Both the position numbers and the translations under genes were made by a program. The notes under the pieces are model-generated. The model was not told the origin of the DNA. It ran no database searches and worked only from the letters and a program-made list of their open reading frames with translations. This document shows positions 1 to 8,317 of a DNA stretch of 32,000 nucleotides, one piece after another; within the stretch, counting starts at the first letter, position 1, and every line of letters begins with the position of its first letter. The stretch is from Nonlabens ponticola (GTDB lineage Bacteria; Bacteroidota; Bacteroidia; Flavobacteriales; Flavobacteriaceae). The stretch spans positions 750,001 to 782,000 of the forward strand of contig NZ_CP034549.1 of assembly GCF_003966335.1 (NCBI RefSeq). The letters are read 5' to 3'.

Positions 1-806
1 TGGAAGTGTTTTTTCATGGTGGTGTGAGTTTTGATCCTTATGTGGAGCCATTTAAGAAGTTGCTACCTGATAGTGAGATCAAATATTATGAGACCTATAA
101 TGCTAGTGAAGGCTTTTTTGCCATACAGGATCAAAATGATTCAAAGGATCTCTTGTTAATGCTGGACTATGGTATTTTTTATGAATTCCTACCTATGTCC
201 ACCTACGGCACGGCTCAAGAAAAGGTCGTGACGCTGGATCAAGTAGAGTTAGGTGAGAATTATGCCATTGTCATTACTACAAATGCTGGATTGTGGCGCT
301 ACAAAATAGGTGACACCGTGCGTTTTACCAGTGCGTCGCCCTACCGTATCAAAGTCACTGGTAGGACAAAGCACCACATTAATGTTTTTGGCGAGGAACT
401 AATCATCGAGAATGCCGAAGAAGCCCTGAAAAAAACCATGCAAGAAGTTCCTTGTTCTATTAAAGACTACACGGTCGCACCTATTTTTATGGAAGGAAAA
501 GAAAAGGGCGCGCATGAATGGCTTATTGAGTTTGAACAGCATCCAAAAGATGAGCAACTCTTCAAAGAAGTTCTAGACCAGCAATTGCAGCAAGTCAACA
601 GTGATTATGCGGCCAAAAGATATATGAATACCACTTTATCTGCACCTACTATTCATGTCGCCGCACCGCAGACGTTTTACCACTGGCTCAAGTCCAAAAA
701 CAAATTAGGCGGACAGCATAAAATCCCAAGATTATCTAACTCTAGGGATTATCTCGATGAATTGCTCAAGATTCATCAAAGCGCGGCTACTGCGAGCAAC
801 AATTAG
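1..806 (+). CDS. GH3 auxin-responsive promoter family protein (GH3/JAR1-like adenylating enzyme), C-terminal part; 5' end lies off-window
   Basis: The ORF is open to the window edge (in frame from nt 3). The C-terminal half shows family-typical stretches (YEFLP, WRYKIGDTVRFTS, YRIKVTGRTKHHINVFGEEL, GGQHKIPRLSNSR). Confidence 0.75.
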   Translation, partial: EVFFHGGVSFDPYVEPFKKLLPDSEIKYYETYNASEGFFAIQDQNDSKDLLLMLDYGIFYEFLPMSTYGTAQEKVVTLDQVELGENYAIVITTNAGLWRYKIGDTVRFTSASPYRIKVTGRTKHHINVFGEELIIENAEEALKKTMQEVPCSIKDYTVAPIFMEGKEKGAHEWLIEFEQHPKDEQLFKEVLDQQLQQVNSDYAAKRYMNTTLSAPTIHVAAPQTFYHWLKSKNKLGGQHKIPRLSNSRDYLDELLKIHQSAATASNN

Positions 807-838
807 AGGTAATAAGCTCATATTTAACGGCTATAATT

Positions 839-868
839 TTTGTATCAAGTCGTAGCATCCTACTTTTG
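839..868 (+). promoter_or_regulatory. Candidate Bacteroidota sigma-A promoter for feoAB (-33 TTTG at 839-842, -7 TActTTTG at 861-868)
   Basis: Exact TAnnTTTG match with an 18-nt spacer to an upstream TTTG, 27 nt upstream of the feoA TTG start. Confidence 0.4.
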
Positions 869-893
869 CTTATTCAAATTTATTCTAAATAAG
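869..893 (+). promoter_or_regulatory. AT-rich operator-like repeat between the -7 box and the feoA start (possible Fur-type site)
   Basis: cTTATTCaaatTTATTCtaaATAAG: direct TTATTC repeat, plus inverted repeat CTTATT (869-874) / AATAAG (888-893). The position would occlude the transcription start. Only loose resemblance to nATwAT hexamer arrays. Confidence 0.25.
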
Positions 894-895
894 AG

Positions 896-1126
896 TTGGG
901 AAAAACCATTGCACAGTTGAAGCGAGGCGAGATTGCCATCATCAAGGATTTTGAGGAGACAGACGTACCGCTCAAACTACTTGAGATGGGTTGTTTGCCA
1001 GGTAATATTGTAACCATGATGCAAAGCGCGCCGTTTCAGGATCCTATCTACTTAAATGTGAACGGCACGCATCTCGCCATACGTAGGGAAACGGCTCAAA
1101 AGATTAATGTAGAAACCTATGTCTAG
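896..1126 (+). CDS. feoA: Ferrous iron transport protein A (FeoA)
   Basis: 76 aa with a TTG start. FeoA-like SH3 fold pattern (LKRGEIAIIKDF...LLEMGCLPGN...). Overlaps feoB by 8 nt. Confidence 0.85.
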   Translation: MGKTIAQLKRGEIAIIKDFEETDVPLKLLEMGCLPGNIVTMMQSAPFQDPIYLNVNGTHLAIRRETAQKINVETYV

Positions 1127-3236
1127 ATCCATCAATGTTTCTTTAATCGGCAATCCCAATACTGGTAAAACATCGTTATTTAATAGGCTAACGGGTCTCA
1201 ATCAAAAAGTAGGTAACTATCCAGGAATTACTGTTGAGAAAAAAGAAGGAATTTGCAAACTGGATCGCGGTTTCAAGGCTCATATACTTGATTTACCGGG
1301 AACCTATAGTTTGAACACGTCATCACTGGATGAAAGTGTTGTAGTAGAGACTTTGCTCAATAAACATGATAAGGATTTCCCTGATGTGGCAGTCGTGGTA
1401 TCTGATATTGAGAACTTGAAGCGAAATCTGTTACTCTTCACCCAAATCAAGGATCTTGAAATACCTACTATACTTGTCATCAACATGGCAGATCGTATGG
1501 AGCGCAAGGCCATCTCGCTAGATATTGACTTGATGGAAGAAGAGCTCAATACTAAGGTCGTACTAGTAAGCGCCAGAAAAAATCAAGGTATTGATGATCT
1601 TAAACAAGCCATTACAGAATATAAAAACCTCACCGTGGCGCCTTGTCTCAATGCCAGCGTCATTGATGTAGATTATTTCAATAGGCTGCGCAAGACTTAT
1701 CCCAACCAGCTTACCTACAAGCTATGGTTAGTCATTACACAAGATGTCAATTTTGGTAAAATTGATCGTGGTAGGGATAATGATCTTGATCGGGTTAAGA
1801 AAAGCAGCTTTGAGATCAAGTCAGAGGCAGACCTCAAACGTATGCAGCACAAGGAAACGGTGGTGCGCTATCAATTTATCAATGGCCTGCTTAAAAAAGT
1901 ACTTTCTATTGATACGATAAATGCAAAGGATTTGAGAACAAAATTGGATCGCATATTACTTCACAAGGTTTGGGGTTATGCCATATTCTTTTTGATTCTG
2001 TTGATCATATTTCAAGCGATCTATGACTGGTCATCATATCCCATGGACTGGATCGATGAGAGTTTTGCAGCATTGAGCTCGTTAGTAAGCGATAGTCTAC
2101 CTGCAGGGCCATTCACCAGCCTAATCGCTGAAGGTATTATTCCAGGATTAGGCGGTATTGTGATTTTCATACCGCAAATTGCTTTTCTTTTTTTCTTCAT
2201 TGCCTTGCTGGAAGAAAGTGGTTACATGAGTCGCGTAGTTTTTCTCATGGATCATATCATGAAAAAATTTGGTTTGAGTGGTAAAAGTGTCGTGCCACTC
2301 GTTTCTGGAACAGCTTGCGCCATTCCTGCGGTGATGGCCACGCGTAATATTGAAGATTGGAAAGAGCGATTGATCACTATTCTAGTCGTGCCATTTACAA
2401 CCTGCAGTGCGCGATTGCCCGTTTACCTCATTATTATTGCCCTGGTTATTCCTGATCGAGATATCTGGTGGATCTTTAATCTGCAAGGGCTTGTGCTTAT
2501 GCTGTTGTACTTGTTAGGATTTGGTGCGGCGATTTTTAGCGCATGGGTGCTCAATAAAATTTTACCTATTGATCGCAAGAGCTTTTTTGTCATGGAAATG
2601 CCTGCCTATAAATTACCCATGCTCAAGAATGTTGGGATTACTGTAGTAGAAAAAACCAAAAGTTTTGTGCTGGGTGCAGGTAAGATTATCATGGCTATAT
2701 CCATTGTTTTATGGGTACTTGCCAGTTATGGAGTAGGCGATGATTTCAATAATGCTGAGCAAATTGTAATACAACAAACTGCAGGGCAAGATCTATCACA
2801 AAAGGAACTAGATCAAAAAATTGCTTCTTACAAGCTAGAGCATAGTTTTATAGGCTACATTGGTAAAGGTATCGAGCCTGCTGTGCGGCCACTAGGTTAT
2901 GACTGGAAAATAGGTATTGCGATTGTAAGCAGCTTTGCAGCGCGCGAGGTATTTGTAGGTACATTGGCAACGATTTACAGTGTCGAGAGCAGCGAGGAAG
3001 AAACAATCAAGAATCGCATGAAAGCAGAGACTAATCCAATTTTGGGCGGTCCGCTATTCAATTTTGCTAGTGGTATCTCGTTGTTGTTGTTCTATGCATT
3101 TGCCATGCAGTGTATGAGTACCCTAGCGATCGTAAAACGGGAAACAAATGGCTGGAAATGGCCAGCGGTTCAATTTGGCGCCATGACGATCATTGCCTAC
3201 TTTGCTAGTCTAGGCGCTTATCAATTGTTGCAATAG
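1119..3236 (+). CDS. feoB: Ferrous iron transporter B (FeoB)
   Basis: 705 aa. N-terminal G domain (GNPNTGKTSLFN, DLPG, NMAD) followed by a polytopic membrane domain. Confidence 0.95.
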   Translation: MSRSINVSLIGNPNTGKTSLFNRLTGLNQKVGNYPGITVEKKEGICKLDRGFKAHILDLPGTYSLNTSSLDESVVVETLLNKHDKDFPDVAVVVSDIENLKRNLLLFTQIKDLEIPTILVINMADRMERKAISLDIDLMEEELNTKVVLVSARKNQGIDDLKQAITEYKNLTVAPCLNASVIDVDYFNRLRKTYPNQLTYKLWLVITQDVNFGKIDRGRDNDLDRVKKSSFEIKSEADLKRMQHKETVVRYQFINGLLKKVLSIDTINAKDLRTKLDRILLHKVWGYAIFFLILLIIFQAIYDWSSYPMDWIDESFAALSSLVSDSLPAGPFTSLIAEGIIPGLGGIVIFIPQIAFLFFFIALLEESGYMSRVVFLMDHIMKKFGLSGKSVVPLVSGTACAIPAVMATRNIEDWKERLITILVVPFTTCSARLPVYLIIIALVIPDRDIWWIFNLQGLVLMLLYLLGFGAAIFSAWVLNKILPIDRKSFFVMEMPAYKLPMLKNVGITVVEKTKSFVLGAGKIIMAISIVLWVLASYGVGDDFNNAEQIVIQQTAGQDLSQKELDQKIASYKLEHSFIGYIGKGIEPAVRPLGYDWKIGIAIVSSFAAREVFVGTLATIYSVESSEEETIKNRMKAETNPILGGPLFNFASGISLLLFYAFAMQCMSTLAIVKRETNGWKWPAVQFGAMTIIAYFASLGAYQLLQ

Positions 3237-3241
3237 GTGAA

Positions 3242-3273
3242 TGATAATTATGCTTTCGCGAAAGCGTAACAAC
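3242..3273. repeat. Palindromic repeat element, copy 1 (core GCTTTCGCGAAAGC at 3252-3265; 22-bp arms with one mismatched pair)
   Basis: tgataattaTGCTTTCGCGAAAGCGtaacaac. 30/32 identical to 17150-17181. Lies between the feoB stop and the small Cys-rich ORF. Confidence 0.9.
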
Positions 3274-3284
3274 GACAAATTTAA

Positions 3285-3416
3285 ATGCAGATAATACAAT
3301 ACTTATTAGTCATCATCACCGTGCTGGCTGCGCTAGGCTGGTTATTGCGCAAACAATTGTTCCCGTCGCGACATGATAATTCAAATTGTGGTGACGGCGA
3401 TTGTGGTTGTCACTAG
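3285..3416 (+). CDS. FeoB-associated Cys-rich small membrane protein (43 aa; not in the ORF track)
   Basis: My own translation: MQIIQYLLVIITVLAALGWLLRKQLFPSRHDNSNCGDGDCGCH*. One N-terminal TM helix plus a C-terminal CGxGxCGC tail, 48 nt downstream of feoB. This is the layout of the family of that name found next to feoB in Bacteroidota. Confidence 0.7.
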   Translation: MQIIQYLLVIITVLAALGWLLRKQLFPSRHDNSNCGDGDCGCH

Positions 3417-4277
3417 TCAGACTTTTTCATGGTCATAGGTATCAAGTAGTTGTTTTGCGGCCTCATTAGATATCTTCAAATTATTAATGACAACCTCGCA
3501 TTCTTGACTATTTTTCTCCTTATCATAGGTAATGTTCAGCATAGACAGGTATTGAAAGTCTTCTCTAGCTTCATAATGTATCTCGACGATACTGTAGCTA
3601 TTTCCTCTACCGGCAGATAGATCTTTAATCTTTTCAACTGGATTTGAGTACAACTCATGAACAAAGTTTTGTGCGCCTGTGACAACTCTAAATTGCTTCT
3701 CTAAGCGCAATGTTGGATACCAATGGTTGAACTTATCGCTGTACGGTTTAACCACTTGCTTCATCATAATTAAAACTGGATAGCCAATCAAAATAATTAA
3801 TTCTAATAACCAGATGATCAGTAAAACAGGTCCATCGACCTTTATCCCGAATAATTCATAATAGCCATCGGTGAACAGTAGTTCTATGTTGGCAAAGAAT
3901 GATTCTGTATCTACAAGCCATTCAAATGAAATAAGATAATCGGCTGGTGTGAGAAAGCTGTCATTAAAAAGGTACTGCATGGTTCCTAGCCATTGTAGCA
4001 CCCAAACTATAAATCCAGTTGCTGCAACAAAGGCAACTCTCAAAATCTTACTTCTAATTTTCAAAATCTTGAAAACTTCCATAGTCAATCTATGGATAAT
4101 CATACCTGAACCTAGAGCTGCTAGAAAATTTAAGTAGATAAAAGGATTGACTGTTGTCACCATTGAATAGAGATACCCTAAAACAAAGGCGATGATGGTA
4201 TTTAGCGCAATTGCGATAATCAGGTTTGTATTTTCTGTACTATTTGATTCCTGATAAAATTGTGGTGTAGAATTCAT
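3417..4277 (-). CDS. Hypothetical integral membrane protein (about 4 TM segments plus a ~110-aa soluble C-terminal domain)
   Basis: 286-aa ORF with hydrophobic segments (IIAIALNTIIAFVLGYL, LNFLAALGSGMII, VAFVAATGFIVWVL, VLLIIWLLELIILIGYPVLIM). I recognise no family. Confidence 0.6.
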   Translation of the reverse strand: MNSTPQFYQESNSTENTNLIIAIALNTIIAFVLGYLYSMVTTVNPFIYLNFLAALGSGMIIHRLTMEVFKILKIRSKILRVAFVAATGFIVWVLQWLGTMQYLFNDSFLTPADYLISFEWLVDTESFFANIELLFTDGYYELFGIKVDGPVLLIIWLLELIILIGYPVLIMMKQVVKPYSDKFNHWYPTLRLEKQFRVVTGAQNFVHELYSNPVEKIKDLSAGRGNSYSIVEIHYEAREDFQYLSMLNITYDKEKNSQECEVVINNLKISNEAAKQLLDTYDHEKV

Positions 4278-4323
4278 GTAATTAGTTAAATCGCTAAAGT
4301 AATAATCATTAGAATTGGAACTA

Positions 4324-4356
4324 CAAAAAAAGCTCGTTCTAGTAGAACGAGCTTTT
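4324..4356 (-). terminator. Rho-independent terminator of the cold-shock gene
   Basis: 13-bp perfect stem (4328-4340 / 4344-4356) with a 3-nt loop, followed on the minus strand by a 7-nt U tract. Located 25 nt after the csp stop. Confidence 0.8.
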
Positions 4357-4380
4357 AATTCTTAAGAAAATCTATTTATA

Positions 4381-4575
4381 CTACTGTATAACTCTAACGT
4401 TTACAGCGTTCATTCCTTTTTTTCCTTCTTTTTCTTCATACTCTACTTTGTCACCTTCTCTAATCTCATCGATTAGGCCAGTCACGTGTACGAAGCAATC
4501 TTGATCTGTTCCATCTTCAACGATAAATCCAAAACCTTTTGACTCGTTGAAAAATTTTACGGTACCTTCTTTCAT
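4381..4575 (-). CDS. Cold-shock protein (CspA family, S1-like CSD)
   Basis: 64 aa with RNP1/RNP2-like motifs (KGFGFI, CFVHV). Confidence 0.95.
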   Translation of the reverse strand: MKEGTVKFFNESKGFGFIVEDGTDQDCFVHVTGLIDEIREGDKVEYEEKEGKKGMNAVNVRVIQ

Positions 4576-4601
4576 TGTAATAAATTGTAATAATTAAGTT
4601 C

Positions 4602-4609
4602 CAAATGTA
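4602..4609 (-). promoter_or_regulatory. Candidate -7 box TAcaTTTG for the cold-shock gene
   Basis: Exact TAnnTTTG on the minus strand, 26 nt upstream of the ATG. An upstream TTTG sits only 15 nt away, which is a short spacer. Confidence 0.35.
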
Positions 4610-4684
4610 GATAGATTATTTCGGCAAAATTGTTAATAACTTATTTATTTTCAATTTTGTAGGATTTATAAGCGCTAGAAACAA

Positions 4685-5173
4685 CTATTTTGGCTTGCCA
4701 GCGATATAGGTGGTAAAGCCTTTGACACTGCGGTCGTACATGACGATACTGCCAGCTACTGATACATTGAGACTCCTAGGCGTATTAAATTTTACCAGAT
4801 GGTGGGATTTTTCAATAGCCAGATTGCTCAATCCATGATCTTCTGCACCTAGTAAATAAACACAATTGCGTGGATGTTTAAAATCCTGCAGCAGTTGGGC
4901 ATCGTCCACAAATTCAATGCCTACCAGCATCGCACCTTTAGGTAAATGTTTATAGAAATCTTCAAAAGTCTTATAATGAAAATAGGGTATGGAATCCACT
5001 GCATTGTGCGTATCAGACGCTTGTTTTGCATATCGCTTGCCTATGGTGTAGATAAAGCTTGCGCCTAGATTTTGTGCGCTGCGCCACAAGACGCCCAAAT
5101 TCTCTGGTGTTTTACCGTTCATGATACCTATACCAAAAAAGCCGCTCTCTAGATTATCTGTGTCTTGATTCAT
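4685..5173 (-). CDS. SpoU/TrmH-family RNA 2'-O-methyltransferase-like protein (short, catalytic domain only)
   Basis: 162 aa. SPOUT motifs (NLGVLWRSAQNLGA, YLLGAEDHGLS, LNVSVAGSIVMYD). ATGA overlap with the recQ stop. Confidence 0.7.
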   Translation of the reverse strand: MNQDTDNLESGFFGIGIMNGKTPENLGVLWRSAQNLGASFIYTIGKRYAKQASDTHNAVDSIPYFHYKTFEDFYKHLPKGAMLVGIEFVDDAQLLQDFKHPRNCVYLLGAEDHGLSNLAIEKSHHLVKFNTPRSLNVSVAGSIVMYDRSVKGFTTYIAGKPK

Positions 5174-7329
5174 ACACTGGTAGTTTTTGTACTTACAATG
5201 GCGATGCCCAATCGCAATGTGCCATAGTCAATCTTACCATCTAGGTGTTCATATAAAGGTTTGAGTGCGGTATCATTCTCAAATTGTGGATAGGCTTTTT
5301 CTATGAGCTCTAGGTCTGCGGTGTCGATCAATTTCTTGATATCAACATCACCGTGTGAGGTAAAACGTTTTGATAAATGCGATAAGATGGTGGTAGGTGC
5401 CAGCTCACGTGCAGTCGCTATTTCTTGTACTGTTTTTCCATCCCAGAAAGCTCTTACAGATTCCATGACGGTATCTTTTTTGGGTGACTTCTTTTTCTTC
5501 TTGGGTTTGGGCATCATATCGCGATAGATAAATTCGCCGTCACGAGCGTCTTTATAGTCTTCCATTAATTTGAGAAAAGCAGGCCCGTACTGATCATGTT
5601 TGTGTGAACCAACACCGGTAACATCTGCAAATTCATTGTCGTCTAGAGGTATTCTGGTGGCAATGTCTGTGAGTGTCGCGTCGCTAAAAATCATGTAGGG
5701 CGCGATTTGCTCTTTTTCTGCTAGCTGGGTTCTCAAGCTCTTGAGTGCGAGGAACAATTCCTCGTTGGCCCTAGAAGGGATAGCATTGGCCTGAGCGATT
5801 TTTTTATTTGCAATATCGCTAGCTTTAGGTATTACGGCTAGCGAAACCTCTCTACCATCAAATAACACTTCTTTTCCTTGTGCGGTTACTTTCAGATGAT
5901 TCTGCTCGTGGAAGGCTATTTCCATCAGGCCTTGATTGATCATTTGTATGATGTATTGTTGCCAGTCGTTCCAGCTGGTATCACCACCAGCGCCATAGGT
6001 CTTGATTCCTTGAAAGCCGCTTTCCATGACGGTAGCGTTTTGTGCGCCGCGCAGTAGATCGATAAGTAGATTAAGCGAGACGCGCTCGCCTGTGCGCAGC
6101 AAGGCACTTAGTGCTTTTTGCGCATTTGTAGTAGCATCAAAAAAGTCTGGCTTGTTAAGGCAAACATCGCAATTGCCGCAGTCTTCTTCTAGATATTCAT
6201 TAAAATAGGACAGCAGCATGCGTCTGCGGCAAGTAAGTGCCTCGGCAAACTGTTTCATGCGTTCCAGTTTTGCGATTTGTACCTGTGCATTGCCGCTACC
6301 ATCTGCAAAGCGTCGCAGCTGGATCACATCTGCATAGCTGTGAAACAACAATGCATGACTATCAATGCCATCGCGACCGGCGCGACCTATTTCCTGATAA
6401 TAGCCTTCAATATTTTTAGGCATATTGTAATGGATCACAAACCGCACGTTTGATTTGTCGATTCCCATTCCAAAAGCGATGGTCGCCACTACGATCTTTA
6501 TCTCGTCTTCAATAAATTGTTCCTGTATGCTTTCGCGAAAGCTAGCTTCCAATCCGGCATGGTATGCCGCGACAGAGTATCCACTAGCACTCAACTTACC
6601 TGCAATGCTCTCACAGGTCTTGCGGCTCAAGCAATAAATAATGCCAGATTGATCTTGATAATTTTTGAGAAATCGCTGTATTTGCGTGAGTCGATTATTG
6701 CCAGGACGTACCTCAAGCCTGATGTTGGGCCTGTCAAAAGAAGAGACGTACTCACCAGCATGGGCAATGGCCAGTTGTTTTTTGATGTCTGCACGTGTGG
6801 CACGATCTGCGGTAGCGGTAAGTGCGATGAGCGGCGCTTGCGGATAGCTGGTTTTTAAGTAAGCTAGTTGGGTATAAGCTGGTCTAAAATCATGACCCCA
6901 AGTGGAAATACAATGAGCTTCATCAATAGCGATGAGTGATACAGTCGCCTGTTGTAAATGATTGTTTAAAAGCGAGATACTTTCTGGCGCCACATAAATC
7001 AATTGCAGTGCACCAGCGGCCAGTTGTCGATAAAGATCTTCTTGCTGTGCAGCATCTTGTGTGCTATTGAAAAAGGCAGCGGCTATACCATTAGCCTTTA
7101 AGGCGTCCACTTGATCCTTCATTAGCGCGATGAGTGGTGAAATTACCAGCGTGACGCCGTCTAGCATCAGGGATGGCAGCTGGAAACACATGGATTTACC
7201 ACCACCGGTAGGCATGACGACCATCAGGTCCTTACCGGCTAGGACATCATCGATGATTTCTTCCTGCAGTAGCCTGAAGCTATCATAACCAAAATGTTTC
7301 TTGAGAATTTCTAATTTTTGTGTACTCAT
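5170..7329 (-). CDS. recQ: ATP-dependent DNA helicase RecQ (with poly-Lys linker and extra C-terminal HTH-like domain)
   Basis: 719 aa. Helicase motifs (PTGGGKSMCFQLP, DEAHCIS, YYQEIGRAGRDG), RQC zinc cysteines (CGNCDVC), an HRDC-like segment, then PKPKKKKKSPKK and a ~100-aa tail. Confidence 0.95.
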   Translation of the reverse strand: MSTQKLEILKKHFGYDSFRLLQEEIIDDVLAGKDLMVVMPTGGGKSMCFQLPSLMLDGVTLVISPLIALMKDQVDALKANGIAAAFFNSTQDAAQQEDLYRQLAAGALQLIYVAPESISLLNNHLQQATVSLIAIDEAHCISTWGHDFRPAYTQLAYLKTSYPQAPLIALTATADRATRADIKKQLAIAHAGEYVSSFDRPNIRLEVRPGNNRLTQIQRFLKNYQDQSGIIYCLSRKTCESIAGKLSASGYSVAAYHAGLEASFRESIQEQFIEDEIKIVVATIAFGMGIDKSNVRFVIHYNMPKNIEGYYQEIGRAGRDGIDSHALLFHSYADVIQLRRFADGSGNAQVQIAKLERMKQFAEALTCRRRMLLSYFNEYLEEDCGNCDVCLNKPDFFDATTNAQKALSALLRTGERVSLNLLIDLLRGAQNATVMESGFQGIKTYGAGGDTSWNDWQQYIIQMINQGLMEIAFHEQNHLKVTAQGKEVLFDGREVSLAVIPKASDIANKKIAQANAIPSRANEELFLALKSLRTQLAEKEQIAPYMIFSDATLTDIATRIPLDDNEFADVTGVGSHKHDQYGPAFLKLMEDYKDARDGEFIYRDMMPKPKKKKKSPKKDTVMESVRAFWDGKTVQEIATARELAPTTILSHLSKRFTSHGDVDIKKLIDTADLELIEKAYPQFENDTALKPLYEHLDGKIDYGTLRLGIAIVSTKTTSV
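6529..6542. repeat. Palindrome core copy 2, inside the recQ CDS (encodes S-F-R-E-S)
   Basis: Perfect GCTTTCGCGAAAGC. The 19-mer TATGCTTTCGCGAAAGCTA (6526-6544) is identical to 30496-30514. Confidence 0.95.
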
Positions 7330-7391
7330 GATATTTGTCTGTATGGCGTTTATAAAAAGTAGGATATAAATTTACAATGCTTACAGTTAAA

Positions 7392-7422
7392 TGTCATGCT
7401 GGGTTTATCACCTTAACATGAC
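7392..7422. repeat. TGTCATGCTG-family spacer repeat (weak hairpin GTCATG...CATGAC)
   Basis: tgtcatgctgGgtttatc (7392-7409) is 17/18 identical to 19104-19121. Lies in the recQ/lipoprotein divergent spacer. Confidence 0.7.
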
Positions 7423-7468
7423 TGGATTATAGTAACTTGCTATCTATTATTTCTATCAGTCCAGAATT

Positions 7469-8317
7469 ATGAAATCGTACATACTATTTGTTCTAGCTAT
7501 AGTAATCCCAACAATAGGTTGTGCCCAGTCTGGTGCAGTTGATGAGTATAAATATGTGGTGGTTGATAATCAGTATGAATGGCAAAATGAAGCCAACCAA
7601 TATCGTCAAAACGAACTCATGGAGTTCCTGCTTGAAAAGTATGGATTTAATGCGTTGCGCAACAATCAGGTGATGCCAGAAGATCTGAATCGCGGTACCT
7701 GTAACGCACTAGCCTTAAAAATGGACAAGTCTGGAACCTTGCGCGTTGATCTAGATGTATGGTTAGAAGATTGCAATGGGAACAAAGTTTTTACCACCAA
7801 AACAGGAACTGGTCGCACCAAAGATTATAAGATCGCGTATAACGAGGCGATACGCGAGGCATTTGAGTCTTTTGAAGAATTGGATTATGAGTATACACCT
7901 AACTCAAAGGAACCGGCTAAAATAAATCCGCTAACTGCAGAATCGCCAACGCTAATTGCAAATAAGGCAACTGCGGAGAAAAGAAAAGTTATTCAAAAGG
8001 AAATTGAGGTCAAGGAAGTCATTGAAGACATCAAGAATGAATTACCCAATGAGAACGATCCTGAAGTGACTAACGAACCAGCTGGTTATTCTAACCGCTT
8101 AGGTTATAAGGTGATTTTCAACGACTCAAAAGGCAGTTTTGAAGTGTTCTTAAAAGATCAGAAAATAGGTCGTGGACGCAAATCCACCCATGGCGTTTAC
8201 CTACTTTACACAAACGATTTTTCAGGAATAGCCTACATGAAAGGTGATGTACTGGTTTTAGAATACGAAGCTACCGCTGGCGTTCCAGAGATAATGCTGC
8301 TCACGACCAGTAATTAA
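7469..8317 (+). CDS. Hypothetical lipoprotein
   Basis: 282 aa. Signal peptide with a lipobox-like TIGC. Charged linker (KEIEVKEVIEDIKNE) between two domains. I recognise no family. Confidence 0.6.
   Translation: MKSYILFVLAIVIPTIGCAQSGAVDEYKYVVVDNQYEWQNEANQYRQNELMEFLLEKYGFNALRNNQVMPEDLNRGTCNALALKMDKSGTLRVDLDVWLEDCNGNKVFTTKTGTGRTKDYKIAYNEAIREAFESFEELDYEYTPNSKEPAKINPLTAESPTLIANKATAEKRKVIQKEIEVKEVIEDIKNELPNENDPEVTNEPAGYSNRLGYKVIFNDSKGSFEVFLKDQKIGRGRKSTHGVYLLYTNDFSGIAYMKGDVLVLEYEATAGVPEIMLLTTSN

Noticed and set aside
1304-1549. 81-aa minus-strand ORF inside feoB, and similar shadows at 3949-4137, 8445-8875, 9623-9922, 13321-13706, 15258-15518, 16142-16982, 17693-17890, 18466-18853, 20700-21339, 23131-23782, 24313-24552, 26220-26420, 26877-27092, 28468-28749, 28997-29266, 30343-30609, 30739-30996 and 31351-31554
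   Set aside because: Each is fully nested in or antisense to a CDS with clear family motifs. None has independent support.
6026-6858. Five + strand ORFs of 60-113 aa (6026-6208, 6237-6419, 6455-6637, 6517-6858, 6665-6847)
   Set aside because: All lie antisense within the strongly recognisable recQ CDS. Their translations are low-complexity (S/R/A/C-rich) with no motifs. They are typical shadow ORFs.
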